A program made the position numbers and the translations under genes. Below the pieces are notes generated by a model. That model was not told where the DNA came from. It was given only the letters and a program-made list of their open reading frames with translations, and did no database searches. Below, one piece after another: positions 53,200 through 61,286 of a stretch of DNA of 64,000 nt (the first letter of the stretch is position 1; each line of letters opens with the position of its first letter). Source of the stretch: a virus; IMG/VR virus record IMGVR_UViG_3300032516_000004, positions 64,001 to 128,000 of that record. One strand, 5' to 3'.

Positions 53200-54621
53200 G
53201 TGGCTCAGCGCATTGATATATCTGAAGATGCTTTAATACAAGATTGTGAAAACGGTCTTTTACAATCTGAAATGGCCCGAAAGTATAATGTGAGCAAAAC
53301 CACTATTAGTCAAAAGATTAAATTATATGGTATAAAATATACACCACGTTCTCAAAATCCAAGATATAGTGCTTTAATGTCTCAAGCATCTAATAAAATG
53401 TGGGACAATCAGGAATTACGACAACAGACTGGCAATCGAGCTAAGCAGCGCTGGGCCACAGAGCAATATCGTGAGAAGATTCAAGAAACTTACCAGAAGA
53501 CAGATTACGCGAAGCGTCAGGGTGAAATATCAAAGTTGGCGTGGCAGGATGATAAATATAGAAATCACTTAGTGTTATTATTTACATCTAATGAATTTAG
53601 AAATAAACAGCGTCAAAAATCTAATGATTGGTGGAATGATCCAAATAGAAGGCAGCAAGCTAGTAAAAGGACAAAACAAAATTGGACTAATGAAGAATTT
53701 CAACATAAGGTAGCAGTTGGTCAGAGTAAAGTTCCAAGAACAATGACCACCCCACATAGGCAGGTATGTAATTTACTTGATGCTATGGGCATAGAATATC
53801 AAACAGAGGTTCCAATAGCTAAGTATAGATTTGATATTTTGATACCTTCTCATAAGCTTTTTATTGAAACACAAGGTGATTATTGGCATGGTGAAAAGAA
53901 AAATGTAATCTGGCGAGATAGGGCTAAAGGATCATACATAGCCAACAATTTTCCGCAGTATAGGTATAAAGAATTATGGGAACATGAATGTGAGACCGAA
54001 GATTATGTTAGACATAAGCTAGAATATTGGCTTGGTGCTAAAATAAATCTTAAAGATTACAATTTTGACGATATACAAATTAAAACTGTAGATCGTGATG
54101 TGGCTAGTAAGTTTATTCGTGATTGGCACTATTTACATAAAGGCAGATTTGGTCTAGATATAGGTGGCTTTATAAGTGATCAGCTGGTTGTGTTGACTCG
54201 TTTTACGTCTGTTACTCGTCTCGAAATGGCTACAACAATAGGCTACCATCATAAAGAGGTATTGGAATTATCTAGATTATGTATCCATCCAGCATATCAG
54301 AAGAAGAATCTGGGTTCTTGGTTTTTGTCACGAGTTGAGGGTGTCATTAGACATTTAAGACCAGACATTAAGTGTTTGGTATCGTTTGCTGATATGACAT
54401 ATGGACATACGGGGGCAGTTTATAAGGCATCAAATTGGCAGTTAATATCAGAAACTAAACCAGATTATTGGTATGTGAAAGAGGATGGTTGGGTAATGCA
54501 TAAGAAAACATTATGGAATAAGGCTAAGGATGTTGGATTAACTGAAAACGATTTTGCTGCTAGATTTGGATATGTTAAAGTGTGGGGTAAAGAAAAATTT
54601 AAGTTTATTAAGAAACTGTAG
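53200..54621 (+). CDS. HTH + NUMOD-like repeats + DUF559/Vsr-like PD-(D/E)XK nuclease + Mom-like GNAT domain fusion
   Basis: QSEMARKYNVSKTTI HTH; W-x-D/N helical repeats; YRFDILIP...FIETQGDYWHG; FIRDWHY...LELSRLC...NLGSWFLSR...LVSFAD..YGHTGAVYKASNW. Confidence 0.75.
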   Translation: MAQRIDISEDALIQDCENGLLQSEMARKYNVSKTTISQKIKLYGIKYTPRSQNPRYSALMSQASNKMWDNQELRQQTGNRAKQRWATEQYREKIQETYQKTDYAKRQGEISKLAWQDDKYRNHLVLLFTSNEFRNKQRQKSNDWWNDPNRRQQASKRTKQNWTNEEFQHKVAVGQSKVPRTMTTPHRQVCNLLDAMGIEYQTEVPIAKYRFDILIPSHKLFIETQGDYWHGEKKNVIWRDRAKGSYIANNFPQYRYKELWEHECETEDYVRHKLEYWLGAKINLKDYNFDDIQIKTVDRDVASKFIRDWHYLHKGRFGLDIGGFISDQLVVLTRFTSVTRLEMATTIGYHHKEVLELSRLCIHPAYQKKNLGSWFLSRVEGVIRHLRPDIKCLVSFADMTYGHTGAVYKASNWQLISETKPDYWYVKEDGWVMHKKTLWNKAKDVGLTENDFAARFGYVKVWGKEKFKFIKKL

Positions 54622-54658
54622 AGGCTGACGAGGTAGAGCCTACACCCATTAAGTCTGT

Positions 54659-54874
54659 TTACTGATGTTCTACAAGCACGACACGTATATCACTAGGTAG
54701 ATTACTTGCAGAAGTTAGGTATAGCTTTGCTTTACAGTCTGGACAATGTACAATTACACCAGCGCTGTGTGACTGGCTTGCTCCCAAAGCACACTCTAAA
54801 TTTAGTATTCTTTGGTTCTGCTGCCTCAAATCTTTGAGCATCAATTCAATCGTGGCTGTTGGGTCAAGGGTCAT
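54659..54874 (-). CDS. Small Zn-ribbon hypothetical protein
   Basis: HCPDCKAKL; coiled-coil N-terminus. Confidence 0.55.
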   Translation of the reverse strand: MTLDPTATIELMLKDLRQQNQRILNLECALGASQSHSAGVIVHCPDCKAKLYLTSASNLPSDIRVVLVEHQ

Positions 54875-54976
54875 TTGTTATCCTTTTGTTTTCTCAGACA
54901 CCCATCCTCTGGGGTTAATGCTGTAGTTTTAGTATCGGGACACCCATAGTATCCACAGTATTGATTCATTGAGTAA

Positions 54977-55126
54977 TCAGTCAGAATGTTGGTTTTCATG
55001 GGCTACTTTCAAACATAAATCCAGATGATCGTCATCAACGCTGCCGTCGTCTAATGTAATGTGAAGACAACACCCCGCACAGTGTCGATCATAAATTTGA
55101 TCAACTAATTGTTTGATTTCACTCAT
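54977..55126 (-). CDS. 49-aa Cys/His/Asp-rich ORF (below the ORF-track cut-off)
   Basis: MSEIKQLVDQIYDRHCAGCCLHITLDDGSVDDDHLDLCLKVAHENQHSD; its ATG sits in a TAATG overlap. Confidence 0.5.
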   Translation of the reverse strand: MSEIKQLVDQIYDRHCAGCCLHITLDDGSVDDDHLDLCLKVAHENQHSD

Positions 55127-55553
55127 TAGTATGTCCCTTTAAGGAAGGTGACGGGATAGAGCATATGTTCATCAGGTCTGTTCATTGGGGGTTTCATTTG
55201 TACTAGCGCAGCCATTGCGCTAACTTTATGTAAACAATTACCGTGAAAGTTAGGTGAATCACTATGGACCGGCTTAATTCTCCAGGAAAGTTAGGTGAAT
55301 CACTATGGACCGGCTTAATTCTCCAGTAGATGTCTGTTATACCATGTGATTCAGCGAGTTTTACAATTTGTTGATACAGGGTCTCAATATCAACATTGTT
55401 ATCGCCAAAGTATATATTTTCTGGATATCTAGTCTGAACCATCAAGTATTTATCATCAATGCGTTGTATGCTCGCAATACCTTCAACCATTTTTAATATT
55501 TCACCCTGTTCTAGAGTGTGTTCACGTAGATGGTAGCTTTCAGTCGTTGTCAT
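55126..55553 (-). pseudogene. Hypothetical gene frameshifted by a 41-nt tandem duplication (current frame stops at 55203)
   Basis: Removing one copy extends the frame 39 codons to TAA at 55128-55126, which overlaps the next ATG. Confidence 0.55.
55245..55326. repeat. Exact 41-nt tandem duplication
   Basis: gaaagttaggtgaatcactatggaccggcttaattctccag at 55245-55285 and 55286-55326. Confidence 0.97.
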
Positions 55554-55818
55554 CTTTTGGTTCCTCGGTAATAGCACGCTCTTGAACCACGAATTGTCTT
55601 TGATGGTTAAACATGCCATTAGCATCGAAGACAGGAGCAATTGCGGTATAGGCAGCAATTCGCATTCCACGTGGGACTTCGAACACCATCAGCTCTCTCG
55701 TGTGTTGATCTAGCATATTATCAATAGTTCGCCACCGATAAGTGGCGTCGAAACTTGACCAGTTATTGACACCGAACTTTGCCAATCGCTCTCCCACGAT
55801 ATCCATAATAGTTTTCAT
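55540..55818 (-). CDS. Hypothetical protein
   Basis: ORF coupled by ATGA overlap within the minus-strand block. Confidence 0.6.
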   Translation of the reverse strand: MKTIMDIVGERLAKFGVNNWSSFDATYRWRTIDNMLDQHTRELMVFEVPRGMRIAAYTAIAPVFDANGMFNHQRQFVVQERAITEEPKDDND

Positions 55819-56051
55819 GGTTGTTCTGCAATCGCCCCGATTTCGTGGATGGTTTTAATTAGACTATTAATCAAATCTTTATGTTGATCGTCGTACATTA
55901 AGTCAAGGGAGACAGTTAGCCGTACCTCGGGTGAGCAGTCCATAGCAATTGGACGTCCCCAATTCTCGGTTGTCATTTCATGGGGCTCCGCGTATCGGGG
56001 CTTTACGTCTCGTGATTGGGATAGCTTAAATGGTGTTACACAATGAATCAT
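55815..56051 (-). CDS. Hypothetical protein
   Basis: AAGGAG before the ATG at 56051. Confidence 0.55.
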   Translation of the reverse strand: MIHCVTPFKLSQSRDVKPRYAEPHEMTTENWGRPIAMDCSPEVRLTVSLDLMYDDQHKDLINSLIKTIHEIGAIAEQP

Positions 56052-56061
56052 TGGATTCTCC

Positions 56062-56511
56062 TTAGATTTTTTGGTCCCAGTACATACGACCTTCAATAAT
56101 TTCTTGTCTTACACGCATTAGTATCTTACCCAGATGATTTTGTCCTTTGCCGCCACATACACCCCAGAACTTATCACCCCAGGTATTACCTTCGATCAAT
56201 TCTACATTACCGGTTCCTAATAGATCTAGGGTCAACGATGGGCTGTTAGCAAACTTATTACGAACCAAATATTCCATGAGCGGTATTTTGATTTTGCTGA
56301 AGTCAGCACGCATGGTGACCTGTCTACCTAGAATCCTCGCATCTCCTGGTGAATAAGTGTTTCGTATCGCCTCACTGGCCTGTGGATTAAACGTTTTGGT
56401 TGCTTGATATGCATGTTCTACAGATTTATATTCAATACCATTTAAGTATACCGGTGATTCATAAAAATTAGACAGGAATCGATAAATACCTGTGAACCTA
56501 TTAATTGCCAT
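56062..56511 (-). CDS. NADAR family protein (YbiA-like N-glycosidase / ADP-ribosylglycohydrolase)
   Basis: FLSNFY...SVEHAYQATK...LIEGNTWGDKFWG...G.N.LGKILMRVR. Confidence 0.9.
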   Translation of the reverse strand: MAINRFTGIYRFLSNFYESPVYLNGIEYKSVEHAYQATKTFNPQASEAIRNTYSPGDARILGRQVTMRADFSKIKIPLMEYLVRNKFANSPSLTLDLLGTGNVELIEGNTWGDKFWGVCGGKGQNHLGKILMRVRQEIIEGRMYWDQKI

Positions 56512-56555
56512 GTAGCGATATATAAATTTGATGTTCTATTAATTTATAGTTAGAC

Positions 56556-57128
56556 ATGGCGATTTGGTTTACATCGGACACACATTTCAAACACGCTAAC
56601 ATCCTTAAGTATTGTGGTCGTCCATTTGACAATATTGGGACTCATGATCAGACGCTAATTAAACGTTGGAATAATAAAGTTCAGCCAGATGATGTGGTAT
56701 ATCATTTGGGTGATTTTGCGTTTGGTAGATCAGAAGATTGGATGACGATTATTAGACAATTAAATGGTTGTATTAATCTGATCAAGGGCAACCATGATCA
56801 TAGTGATAAATTGAAGAAACTCAAGGAATTACCAGGCAAGAATCTCAATTTCTTGGGTCACTATCACGAGGTAAAGGTTGACGATGAAGAAATGGATGTT
56901 ACTCAGGTAATTGTGCTATTTCATTACCCGATTGAGTCATGGAATAAGCGACATCATGGGTCTTGGCACCTACACGGCCATACGCACAATAATCTTATGT
57001 CACCAGAGTATCAGGCTAGGCTGGATGTTAGCGTTGACAGTCACGATTATTCGCCGATTTCTTATGATGACGTGAAAACACTGATGACCCGAAAGGTATT
57101 CAAGGTAATCGATCACCACGGGTCATAG
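56556..57128 (+). CDS. Calcineurin-like metallophosphoesterase
   Basis: SDTHFKH, LGDF, GNHD, FHYP, HGHTH motifs. Confidence 0.9.
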   Translation: MAIWFTSDTHFKHANILKYCGRPFDNIGTHDQTLIKRWNNKVQPDDVVYHLGDFAFGRSEDWMTIIRQLNGCINLIKGNHDHSDKLKKLKELPGKNLNFLGHYHEVKVDDEEMDVTQVIVLFHYPIESWNKRHHGSWHLHGHTHNNLMSPEYQARLDVSVDSHDYSPISYDDVKTLMTRKVFKVIDHHGS

Positions 57129-57353
57129 TGTATATTTACCAGTTTCCTGATATTGTTTTCTTAATTCTCGAATATCTTGTTCATTTAGGTAATGAATAAA
57201 AGTTTGCCATGGTTTTGGCTCTTGTCCAAATTCCCATATGAGGTTATATTTATTTCGTATGGCAAATCTTATTAACATGTGTTGTTTGTGGTTGGATAAG
57301 ACCAACACTTCAAATGTGTCGTCGTCCATAGTTATTAAGGCATTTAGGTCCAT
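57123..57353 (-). CDS. Hypothetical protein
   Basis: 76-aa ORF convergent with the phosphoesterase (6-nt overlap). Confidence 0.5.
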   Translation of the reverse strand: MDLNALITMDDDTFEVLVLSNHKQHMLIRFAIRNKYNLIWEFGQEPKPWQTFIHYLNEQDIRELRKQYQETGKYTL

Positions 57354-57354
57354 G

Positions 57355-57960
57355 TTATTTCTTAACCGAGTTCATATAGAACCATCGATTCGGCGCATAG
57401 ATGACCCATTGTTCACCGTCCCATCGTTTGAACACGTCATCGCCGGGATTGTAGTAACAATCACCAGTTGTGGGTGATTCTGGGCATTTGTCTTCCGCTT
57501 GTAACAGCATGCCGCTTCGGTCCACAGAGTTTTCTCGATGGATCTTGATTGTTTCCCGATCGCTATTGATTAGTGCTAGAATTAATACAGAAACATGTGG
57601 GTCTTCACACGGTTTCCACATATTGTTACCTAACATGTCTTTACTTAGAAATTCACATTTAAGTTCGTAGTTCGAGGTATCATACGACTTTGGTACCCAG
57701 GCGGCTCGCCAAGTGTTTTCTTGATTTGTCCATTCCACATATTGGGGTTTCTTATCACATCTACACCCAACATCTTTACAAGTAAGTTCTTTAGCCATTG
57801 ATAGCTCCTCACAGCATTTTTGACAATCTCGATTGTCGTTTGCAATTAAATATAGGTTAATCGGCGATCCACCATTAAAGAAATGATTATTAATAGTATG
57901 GTCCAAATCTGGTAAAATGTCTTTCCAGTTTTGGAGTGACACAACAGTTACTTTATTCAT
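57355..57960 (-). CDS. Hypothetical Cys-rich protein
   Basis: Start refined to ATG57960; C-terminal PTTGDCYYN...RWDGEQW motif. Confidence 0.55.
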   Translation of the reverse strand: MNKVTVVSLQNWKDILPDLDHTINNHFFNGGSPINLYLIANDNRDCQKCCEELSMAKELTCKDVGCRCDKKPQYVEWTNQENTWRAAWVPKSYDTSNYELKCEFLSKDMLGNNMWKPCEDPHVSVLILALINSDRETIKIHRENSVDRSGMLLQAEDKCPESPTTGDCYYNPGDDVFKRWDGEQWVIYAPNRWFYMNSVKK

Positions 57961-58501
57961 TTTTGGTACTCTTGGCCCTTTTGGCTGCAAGCTTGGCAGT
58001 TTCTTGTTTGTGGCACTGGCAACATAGGGTTCTATAATTGTCGAGCCCACATTCGCCACCACCTTCAATGACCGGTATAATATGGTCAGCATCCCAAATT
58101 CCATACCAGGGTCTGGATCGATACCGATGAACCGGTATTTTGAGTTCTTGGAGCTTTGTCATTAGCTTAACGTTTTTGAGAATATTGTTTTCATATTCCC
58201 AGGTGTATTGATTCTTTGGGCCGTTTTTATCTTCAAGCTTTTCTAGTTTTTTGACCAGGGCTTTGCAATCTATACCACATATGGTACAAACACCGTGGTC
58301 TCGAGCATATAACTTGGTTCTTACATATGTAGGATTTGTTTTGATTTTCCAACGATCTACACATTGATCGCCACAAAATGATCGGCGACCCACTGGTACT
58401 TCAGCGTTACATTGCCGACATAAGGCTCTATCATTGGGTCCACGAGGTAAAGCCTTGGGATTAACCCAGCCCCGCTGTCCGCTAACTCGCTGAGTGCTCA
58501 T
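57953..58501 (-). CDS. HNH endonuclease
   Basis: CRQC...FCGDQC; RDHGVCTICG; WDADHIIPVIEGGG...LDNYRTLCCQCH. Confidence 0.85.
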   Translation of the reverse strand: MSTQRVSGQRGWVNPKALPRGPNDRALCRQCNAEVPVGRRSFCGDQCVDRWKIKTNPTYVRTKLYARDHGVCTICGIDCKALVKKLEKLEDKNGPKNQYTWEYENNILKNVKLMTKLQELKIPVHRYRSRPWYGIWDADHIIPVIEGGGECGLDNYRTLCCQCHKQETAKLAAKRAKSTKNE

Positions 58502-58770
58502 TAGATACCATATCTAAATTTTTCATTGTGGAATTTTACTTGGCACTCTCTGTCGTCTCTTTTAATTACCACACCAAATGATTCTGAGTGCCCCATCATC
58601 GACACACTATCGCCCACCTTATAGTAATGAGAGGGATCAGGTATTGAAATTACTTCGGGATACATGTCATTTAAATATTCTTCTACTTCTTTCATCCATG
58701 GTTCTATAATCTCGGTTCTTTCAAAATTCTTCATGGCCTGGTACAATAACACGTCAGCGTTTGATCTCAT
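58501..58770 (-). CDS. Hypothetical protein (C-terminal SH3/KOW-like)
   Basis: YKVGDSV...FGVVI...CQVKF; TAATG coupling. Confidence 0.55.
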   Translation of the reverse strand: MRSNADVLLYQAMKNFERTEIIEPWMKEVEEYLNDMYPEVISIPDPSHYYKVGDSVSMMGHSESFGVVIKRDDRECQVKFHNEKFRYGI

Positions 58771-58780
58771 ATATATTCAC

Positions 58781-59152
58781 CTACTTCCACAATTTAATAT
58801 CTTCCCATTGTTGTATGGTTAAGTAGTGGACTTCAGGCGCTAATCGTCCAAATTCAAGTAGAACCCTATACACTCTTACAAACTCTGTTAGTGGTTCACC
58901 GAGGAGTTGAACATTGCCACCTTGTAAAGCATCAAAACCTTTGGGAGAATTGATAAATTTATGAAATACTTCTATATCTTCTCGTCGTTTTTCTTTGGCT
59001 AACTCTTCAATAATCTGTGTGTTAGACCAATCCCGAAGACAACGCATGGATTTTAAATCTTCAAACGATTCTTTAATACGTCCACCAACTTCAATCCCAC
59101 GTGGTGTGATTGAATATTCGGTAAACTCTGCGTTTTTGATTATTCGAGTCAT
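58781..59152 (-). CDS. Hypothetical protein
   Basis: Start refined to ATG59152 (ATGA overlap). Confidence 0.55.
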   Translation of the reverse strand: MTRIIKNAEFTEYSITPRGIEVGGRIKESFEDLKSMRCLRDWSNTQIIEELAKEKRREDIEVFHKFINSPKGFDALQGGNVQLLGEPLTEFVRVYRVLLEFGRLAPEVHYLTIQQWEDIKLWK

Positions 59153-59622
59153 AAGTTTACTCCAGCTAACGCTATCTGATAGGCTTTGTGAATTGGTGGC
59201 CATTCCAATTCTATACCAACCTGACGCATGGTCTGGGTAATATTTACCCCCATGGCTTCAGGACAGGTAGTTATTCCATATAGGGTTGGATGTGTTCTGG
59301 TAGATAAAAATAATTTGATTTCGTTTTTCAATTGTTTTCTAGCGGTTCCTTGCCAGTATAAACAGTTAACTAGTTGTCGCCATGACCAATTTGGATGCTT
59401 TTGCTTCATCTTATTAACATGTTGTTCTAAATCAAAAATATTATAAATAGCAAACACGTCATTTCTATGCGTGTCAAACATAGAATCATATACAGGCATA
59501 TGTGGCGGGCAGGTAAGTTTCCTATTAAAATTTGGGCATCCCCGTGGATGTCCTGGATATGGCGCAGTACATAACCCGATAACATTTGGCTGTAAAATTG
59601 GTTTTATGGGCATAAATGGCAT
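59149..59622 (-). CDS. DUF2284-like predicted metal-binding protein
   Basis: LC...Y..HPRGCPNF...TCPP...CPEAMGVNI...; start refined by TAATG overlap. Confidence 0.55.
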   Translation of the reverse strand: MPFMPIKPILQPNVIGLCTAPYPGHPRGCPNFNRKLTCPPHMPVYDSMFDTHRNDVFAIYNIFDLEQHVNKMKQKHPNWSWRQLVNCLYWQGTARKQLKNEIKLFLSTRTHPTLYGITTCPEAMGVNITQTMRQVGIELEWPPIHKAYQIALAGVNL

Positions 59623-59915
59623 TATGCTTTTACCACGATATGGCACCCATCTTTTAAGTGGGCGTAAGATTCTTCGCGTAGTTTCAGATGATCTTTATAA
59701 TTATTGATTGTAGCTTCTTCTTTTGTTGGCCAAAGGGCACGATACCACCAAGTCAAAGTATCAGGGTCTACATCACGACCAAACTGCATATTAGCCATAC
59801 CAAAAGACACCACGGCATCTCGAAAAGTTGTGCCATAGGCTTTTCCTGCTAGATGTACAGGACCGGGAGCATAACCACCGATGTCCTTGCTTACCCAGAT
59901 TTCGTATTCCTTCAT
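59622..59915 (-). CDS. Hypothetical protein
   Basis: ORF in the coupled minus-strand block. Confidence 0.55.
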   Translation of the reverse strand: MKEYEIWVSKDIGGYAPGPVHLAGKAYGTTFRDAVVSFGMANMQFGRDVDPDTLTWWYRALWPTKEEATINNYKDHLKLREESYAHLKDGCHIVVKA

Positions 59916-59958
59916 TTTTTGCTTTCTGGTTGTATAACCGGTTTTATGGGTATAAAGG

Positions 59959-60186
59959 TCATTTTAATGAGTTTCTAAACGCTTTCCATTGTTTGATCAT
60001 ATAGTTGGCAATTTCTAATCGCTCTTCAACGGTGAAGTGATAGTCTCGATCCAAACAATCATCATATCCCGCCATAATTTTATCGATACGTCTAGGATTC
60101 ATACATAACCCGATAGTATCTTCACAGGCTATAAGTTCCCGGTCAGAGCATTTAAGTTCAAAATTACCATTTTTAAGTAACTTCAT
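59959..60186 (-). CDS. Hypothetical protein
   Basis: ATGA coupling. Confidence 0.55.
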   Translation of the reverse strand: MKLLKNGNFELKCSDRELIACEDTIGLCMNPRRIDKIMAGYDDCLDRDYHFTVEERLEIANYMIKQWKAFRNSLK

Positions 60187-60434
60187 GATTCTTCTCGTGG
60201 TGGAACTGGTGATAGTCCTTGTTCAGCTCTTCTCATACATATTCGACAGATTCCAAGCCCCGTGTTATTGCGCCAGATTGAGTAAGCGGTTCCCTGGTCT
60301 CGATTCCAACCACGTCGGCACATTGGCCATCCGGGATCACTAAAAGTACCCCGATATAGGTGGGCTCTGAACCGTTCGTCGGCCCGATAATCTCGGTCTA
60401 GACCCGGCATATATTCTTGTCCACCAATAATCAT
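60183..60434 (-). CDS. Hypothetical protein
   Basis: ATGA coupling on both sides. Confidence 0.55.
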   Translation of the reverse strand: MIIGGQEYMPGLDRDYRADERFRAHLYRGTFSDPGWPMCRRGWNRDQGTAYSIWRNNTGLGICRICMRRAEQGLSPVPPREES

Positions 60435-60682
60435 TTACTATCTATTGTGTGAATTCGTATTACAGAACCGTCGTGGCCATGTATTACTTGTGGATAACAC
60501 TTTAAGCACAACATTTTACCATCTGAACCACGATACATTCCAGTTGCTGCTATCACACCATGAACAGGACATTTAATTAAGTGTTCTAACGCATGTCCAA
60601 CAATTTCTTCCATATACCAACCAGTTACTTGGTCTTTATTAACCAATTCACCATTACGAACCACGTATTTGGTGCCCTTCAT
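60431..60682 (-). CDS. Small Zn-finger hypothetical protein
   Basis: KCPVHG...LCLKC. Confidence 0.55.
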   Translation of the reverse strand: MKGTKYVVRNGELVNKDQVTGWYMEEIVGHALEHLIKCPVHGVIAATGMYRGSDGKMLCLKCYPQVIHGHDGSVIRIHTIDSK

Positions 60683-60715
60683 TTTACAATGCTCTTCAGT
60701 GCTTTTGAACTGTTC

Positions 60716-60943
60716 TCATTTTGTGACCCTGGTATTTATGTATAGACCAATAATAAGCTGGTGATTTTTAAATCTTTGGTACGGCACTATCGTAGTATTT
60801 TCTGGTAGCATCCTGACCCCCAGATCATGAGACTGTGATATTAAGTGTTGAATTCCTAGTTTTGCTGCCCGCCGAATTAGAATCTCTTCAGTTGATGGGT
60901 TTTCTAATTCCTTCTTAGTCATGTTTCTATATAGTAATCTCAT
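60716..60943 (-). CDS. Hypothetical protein
   Basis: First ORF of the minus-strand block. Confidence 0.45.
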   Translation of the reverse strand: MRLLYRNMTKKELENPSTEEILIRRAAKLGIQHLISQSHDLGVRMLPENTTIVPYQRFKNHQLIIGLYINTRVTK

Positions 60944-60960
60944 GTGGTGCCGGTTATTAT

Positions 60961-61188
60961 ATGACGGGTATGGAACCCTTCAAACTGACCCCTGAAGAGA
61001 TTAATGAGTTTTTGTTGATAGAGGCCGATGAGCGATGGCTACGCGCTGAACATGAAAAGCTAGCATTACGTAAGCAGAATATATTTCTAAAATTATCTTT
61101 TCGTGTGAAAACAGAATTGGATAATTGGGGAGTTGATTTGTCTCGGGGCATGTGTGTTCCACCATTGCAGAACAAAAATCAAGAGTGA
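60961..61188 (+). CDS. Small coiled-coil hypothetical protein
   Basis: 75-aa ORF divergent from the minus-strand block. Confidence 0.5.
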   Translation: MTGMEPFKLTPEEINEFLLIEADERWLRAEHEKLALRKQNIFLKLSFRVKTELDNWGVDLSRGMCVPPLQNKNQE

Positions 61189-61286
61189 CCATATTTCTGT
61201 GTTTTCATGCTAATATGACTATTTGCTGGTGCCAGTTATAAATTCTTTGTTAGTACACATCATATAATCTCTACAGGAGAACAAAC

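Noticed and set aside
55245-55326. Mini-CRISPR or att-site interpretation of the 41-nt repeat
   Set aside because: Copies are directly adjacent with no spacer, and no integrase is present in the window.
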